Source: Gordius albopunctatus
Taxonomy: Eukaryota
Direction: 5' to 3'
DNA length: 64,000 bases
Assembly (NCBI GenBank): GCA_964276515.1
Contig: OZ193910.1
Coordinates: 5,952,001 to 6,016,000 of the forward strand
The position numbers and the translations under genes are program-made. Positions 58,601 to 64,000 of the stretch are shown one piece after another (within the stretch, counting starts at the first letter, position 1; each line of letters starts with the position of its first letter). The notes beneath the pieces were generated by a model. It was not told the origin of the DNA and searched no databases. It saw nothing but the letters and a program-made list of their open reading frames with translations.

Positions 58601-61600
58601 CATCTCCTATAGCTCATAGCACCTCAAACCTCCCATCTCCTATAGCTCATAGCACCTCAAACCTCCCATCTCCTATAGCTTATATCACCTCAAACCTCCC
58701 ATCTCCTATAGCTTATAGCACCTCAAACTCCCATCTCCTATAGCACATAGCGCCTCAAACCTCCCATCTCCTATAGCTCATAGCACCTCAAACCTCCCAT
58801 CTCCTATAGCTTATATCACCTCAAACCTCCCATCTCCTATAGCTTATATCACCTCAAACCTCCCATCTCCTATAGCTTATAGCACCTCAAACCTCCCATC
58901 TCCTATAGCTTATAGCACCTCAAACCTCCCATCTCCTATAGCTCATAGCACCTCAAACCTCCCATCTCCTATAGCTTATATCACCTCAAACCTCCCATCT
59001 CCTATAGCTTATATCACCTCAAACCTCCCATCTCCTATAGCTTATAGCGCCTCAAACCTCCATCTCCTATAGCTCATAGCACCTCAAACCTCTCATCTCC
59101 TATAGCTTATATCACCTCAAACCTCCCATCTCCTATAGCTTATAGCACCTCAAACCTCCCATCTCCTATAGCTTATATCACCTCAAACCTCCCATCTCCT
59201 ATAGCTTATAGCACCTCAAACCTCCCATCTCCTATAGCTTATAGCACCTCAAACCTCCCATCTCCTATAGCTTATATCACCTCAAACCTCCCATCTCCTA
59301 TAGCTTATATCACCTCAAACCTCCCATCTCCTATAGCTTATATCACCTCAAACCTCCCATCTCCTATAGCTTATATCACCTCAAACCTCCCATCTCCTAT
59401 AGCTTATATCACCTCAAACCTCCCATCTCCTATAGCTTATAGCACCTCAAACCTCCCATCTCCTATAGCTTATAGCACCTCAAACCTCCCATCTCCTATA
59501 GCTTATAGCACCTCAAACTCCCATCTCCTATAGCACATAGCGCCTCAAACCTCCCATCTCCTATAGCTCATAGCACCTCAAACCTCCCATCTCCTATAGC
59601 TTATATCACCTCAAACCTCCCATCTCCTATAGCTTATATCACCTCAAACCTCCCATCTCCTATAGCTTATAGCACCTCAAACCTCCCATCTCCTATAGCT
59701 TATATCACCTCAAACCTCCCATCTCCTATAGCTTATAGCACCTCAAACCTCCCATCTCCTATAGCTCATAGCACCTCAAACCTCCCATCTCCTATAGCTC
59801 ATAGCACCTCAAACCTCCCATCTCCTATAGCTCATAGCACCTCAAACCTCCCATCTCCTATAGCTTATAGCACCTCAAACCTCCCATCTCCTATAGCTCA
59901 TAGCACCTCAAACCTCCCATCTCCTATAGCTTATATCACCTCAAACCTCCCATCTCCTATAGCTTATATCACCTCAAACCTCCCATCTCCTATAGCTTAT
60001 AGCGCCTCAAACCTCCCATCTCCTATAGCTCATAGCACCTCAAACCTCCCATCTCCTATAGCTTATATCACCTCAAACCTCCCATCTCCTATAGCTTATA
60101 GCACCTCAAACCTCCCATCTCCTATAGCTTATATCACCTCAAACCTCCCATCTCCTATAGCTTATATCACCTCAAACCTCCCATCACCTATAGCTCATAG
60201 CACCTCAAACCTCCCATCTCCTATAGCTTATATCACCTCAAACCTCCCATCTCCTATAGCTTATAGCGCCTCAAACCTCCCATCTCCTATAGCACATAGC
60301 ACCTCAAACCTCCCATCTCCTATAGCTTATATCACCTCAAACCTCCCATCTCCTATAGCTTATAGCACCTCAAACCTCCCATCTCCTATAGCTTATAGCA
60401 CCTCAAACCTCCCATCTCCTATAGCTCATAGCACCTCAAACCTCCCATCTCCTATAGCTTATATCACCTCAAACCTCCCATCTCCTATAGCTTATATCAC
60501 CTCAAACCTCCCATCTCCTATAGCTTATATCACCTCAAACCTCCCATCTCCTATAGCTCATAGCACCTCAAACCTCCCATCTCCTATAGCTTATAGCACC
60601 TCAAACCTCCCATCTCCTATAGCTTATAGCACCTCAAACCTCCCATCTCCTATAGCTCATAGCACCTCAAACCTCTCATCTCCTATAGCTTATATCACCT
60701 CAAACCTCCCATCTCCTATAGCTTATAGCACCTCAAACCTCCCATCTCCTATAGCTTATATCACCTCAAACCTCCCATCTCCTATAGCTTATAGCACCTC
60801 AAACCTCCCATCTCCTATAGCTTATAGCACCTCAAACCTCCCATCTCCTATAGCTTATAGCACCTCAAACCTCCCATCTCCTATAGCTTATAGCACCTCA
60901 AACCTCCCATCTCCTATAGCTTATAGCACCTCAAACCTCCCATCTCCTATAGCTCATAGCACCTCAAACCTCCCATCTCCTATAGCTTATATCACCTCAA
61001 ACCTCCCATCTCCTATAGCTTATATCACCTCAAACCTCCCATCTCCTATAGCTTATATCACCTCAAACCTCCCATCTCCTATAGCTTATAGCACCTCAAA
61101 CCTCCCATCTCCTATAGCTTATAGCACCTCAAACCTCCCATCTCCTATAGCTCATAGCACCTCAAACCTCCCATCTCCTATAGCTTATATCACCTCAAAC
61201 CTCCCATCTCCTATAGCTTATATCACCTCAAACCTCCCATCTCCTATAGCTTATAGCGCCTCAAACCTCCCATCTCCTATAGCTCATAGCACCTCAAACC
61301 TCCCATCTCCTATAGCTCATAGCACCTCAAACCTCCCATCTCCTATAGCTTATATCACCTCAAACCTCCCATCTCCTATAGCTTATAGCGCCTCAAACCT
61401 CCCATCTCCTATAGCACATAGCACCTCAAACCTCCCATCTCCTATAGCTTATATCACCTCAAACCTCCCATCTCCTATAGCTTATAGCACCTCAAACCTC
61501 CCATCTCCTATAGCTTATAGCACCTCAAACCTCCCATCTCCTATAGCTTATAGCGCCTCAAACCTCCCATCTCCTATAGCTCATAGCACCTCAAACCTCC

Positions 61601-64000
61601 CATCTCCTATAGCTCATAGCACCTCAAACCTCCCATCTCCTATAGCTTATATCACCTCAAACCTCCCATCTCCTATAGCTTATAGCACCTCAAACTCCCA
61701 TCTCCTATAGCACATATCACCTCAAACCTCCCATCTCCTATAGCTCATAGCACCTCAAACCTCCCATCTCCTATAGCTCATAGCACCTCAAACCTCCCAT
61801 CTCCTATAGCTCATATCACCTCAAACCTCCCATCTCCTATAGCTCATAGCACCTCAAACCTCCCATCTCCTATAGCTTATATCACCTCAAACTCCCATCT
61901 CCTATAGCACATAGCGCCTCAAACCTCCCATCTCCTATAGCTCATAGCACCTCAAACCTCCCATCTCCTATAGCTTATAGCACCTCAAACCTCCCATCTC
62001 CTATAGCTTATAGCGCCTCAAACCTCCCATCTCCTATAGCTCATAGCACCTCAAACCTCCCATCTCCTATAGCTCATAGCACCTCAAACCTCCCATCTCC
62101 TATAGCTTATATCACCTCAAACCTCCCATCTCCTATAGCTTATAGCACCTCAAACTCCCATCTCCTATAGCACATAGCGCCTCAAACCTCCCATCTCCTA
62201 TAGCTCATAGCACCTCAAACCTCCCATCTCCTATAGCTTATATCACCTCAAACCTCCCATCTCCTATAGCTTATATCACCTCAAACCTCCCATCTCCTAT
62301 AGCTTATAGCACCTCAAACCTCCCATCTCCTATAGCTTATAGCACCTCAAACCTCCCATCTCCTATAGCTCATAGCACCTCAAACCTCCCATCTCCTATA
62401 GCTTATATCACCTCAAACCTCCCATCTCCTATAGCTTATATCACCTCAAACCTCCCATCTCCTATAGCTTATAGCGCCTCAAACCTCCCATCTCCTATAG
62501 CTTATAGCACCTCAAACTCCCATCTCCTATAGCTCATAGCACCTCAAACCTCCCATCTCCTATAGCTTATATCACCTCAAACCTCTCATCTCCTATAGCT
62601 TATATCACCTCAAACCTCCCATCTCCTATAGCTTATAGCACCTCAAACCTCCCATCTCCTATAGCTCATAGCACCTCAAACCTCCCATCTCCTATAGCTT
62701 ATAGCACCTCAAACCTCCCATCTCCTATAGCTCATAGCACCTCAAACCTCCCATCTCCTATAGCTTATAGCACCTCAAACCTCCCATCTCCTATAGCTCA
62801 TATCACCTCAAACCTCCCATCTCCTATAGCTTATATCACCTCAAACCTCCCATATAGCTTATAGCACCTCAAACTCCCATCTCCTATAGCTTATAGCACC
62901 TCAAACCTCCCATCTCCTATAGCTCATAGCACCTCAAACCTCCCATCTCCTATAGCTTATATCACCTCAAACCTCCCATCTCCTATAGCTTATAGCACCT
63001 CAAACTCCCATCTCCTATAGCACATAGCGCCTCAAACCTCCCATCTCCTATAGCTCATAGCACCTCAAACCTCCCATCTCCTATAGCTTATAGCACCTCA
63101 AACCTCCCATCTCCTATAGCTCATAGCACCTCAAACCTCCCATCTCCTATAGCTTATAGCACCTCAAACCTCCCATCTCCTATAGCTCATATCACCTCAA
63201 ACCTCCCATCTCCTATAGCTTATATCACCTCAAACCTCCCATATAGCTTATAGCACCTCAAACTCCCATCTCCTATAGCACATATCACCTCAAACCTCCC
63301 ATCTCCTATAGCTCATAGCACCTCAAACCTCCCATCTCCTATAGCTCATAGCACCTCAAACCTCCCATCTCCTATAGCTCATATCACCTCAAACCTCCCA
63401 TCTCCTATAGCTTATATCACCTCAAACTCCCATCTCCTATAGCACATAGCGCCTCAAACCTCCCATCTCCTATAGCTCATAGCACCTCAAACCTCCCATC
63501 TCCTATAGCTTATAGCACCTCAAACCTCCCATCTCCTATAGCTTATAGCGCCTCAAACCTCCCATCTCCTATAGCTCATAGCACCTCAAACCTCCCATCT
63601 CCTATAGCTTATATCACCTCAAACCTCCCATCTCCTATAGCTTATAGCACCTCAAACTCCCATCTCCTATAGCACATAGCGCCTCAAACCTCCCATCTCC
63701 TATAGCTCATAGCACCTCAAACCTCCCATCTCCTATAGCTTATATCACCTCAAACCTCCCATCTCCTATAGCTTATATCACCTCAAACCTCCCATCTCCT
63801 ATAGCTTATAGCACCTCAAACCTCCCATCTCCTATAGCTTATAGCACCTCAAACCTCCCATCTCCTATAGCTCATAGCACCTCAAACCTCCCATCTCCTA
63901 TAGCTTATATCACCTCAAACCTCCCATCTCCTATAGCTTATATCACCTCAAACCTCCCATCTCCTATAGCTTATAGCGCCTCAAACCTCCCATCTCCTAT
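55644..64000. repeat. 33-bp satellite array, >8.3 kb (~250 units), continuing past the window
   Basis: Unit CACCTCAAACCTCCCATCTCCTATAGCT(T/C)ATA(G/T). Minor 32-bp (AAACTCCC, usually with GCACAT) and 28-bp (CCCATATAGC) variants. Confidence 0.99.

Noticed and set aside
55644..64000. Satellite as a coding repeat (33 bp = TSNLPSPIA[Y/H][S/I] in one open plus-strand frame)
   Set aside because: No start codon or splice entry was seen; the 32-bp and 28-bp units shift the frame into TAG stops; the unit is shared with non-coding transposon arms.
55644..64000. CRISPR array or telomere
   Set aside because: There are no unique spacers and no cas genes, and the context is eukaryotic. The plus strand is C-rich towards the right edge, opposite to telomere polarity for a right chromosome end.

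Overview
AT-rich, intron-containing eukaryotic (animal-type) genomic DNA with four host genes and many transposon remnants. Genes: (1) exons 1-7 of a SERCA Ca2+-ATPase on the minus strand, running off the left edge. (2) A complete ~18-exon THADA/Trm732 gene on the plus strand, head-to-head with SERCA. (3) A single-coding-exon NDUFB1 (complex I MNLL subunit) on the minus strand. (4) A YPEL5/yippee gene whose spliced model adds a ~400-aa low-complexity, His-rich C-terminal extension. Mobile DNA includes a decayed Gypsy pol, RTE, CRE-like and Penelope-like retroelement fragments, several hAT elements with 8-bp TSDs, and many MITEs. The last ~8.4 kb is a 33-bp satellite whose unit is the same as the subterminal repeat of a hAT transposon sitting in the YPEL5 intron ~12 kb away. 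Two ribozyme-like motifs are present: a twister with compensatory pairings at the 5' end of an RTE, and a degenerate minimal hammerhead 3' of a Penelope fragment. All gene models were read by hand from GT-AG sites and phase consistency. No database searches were run.
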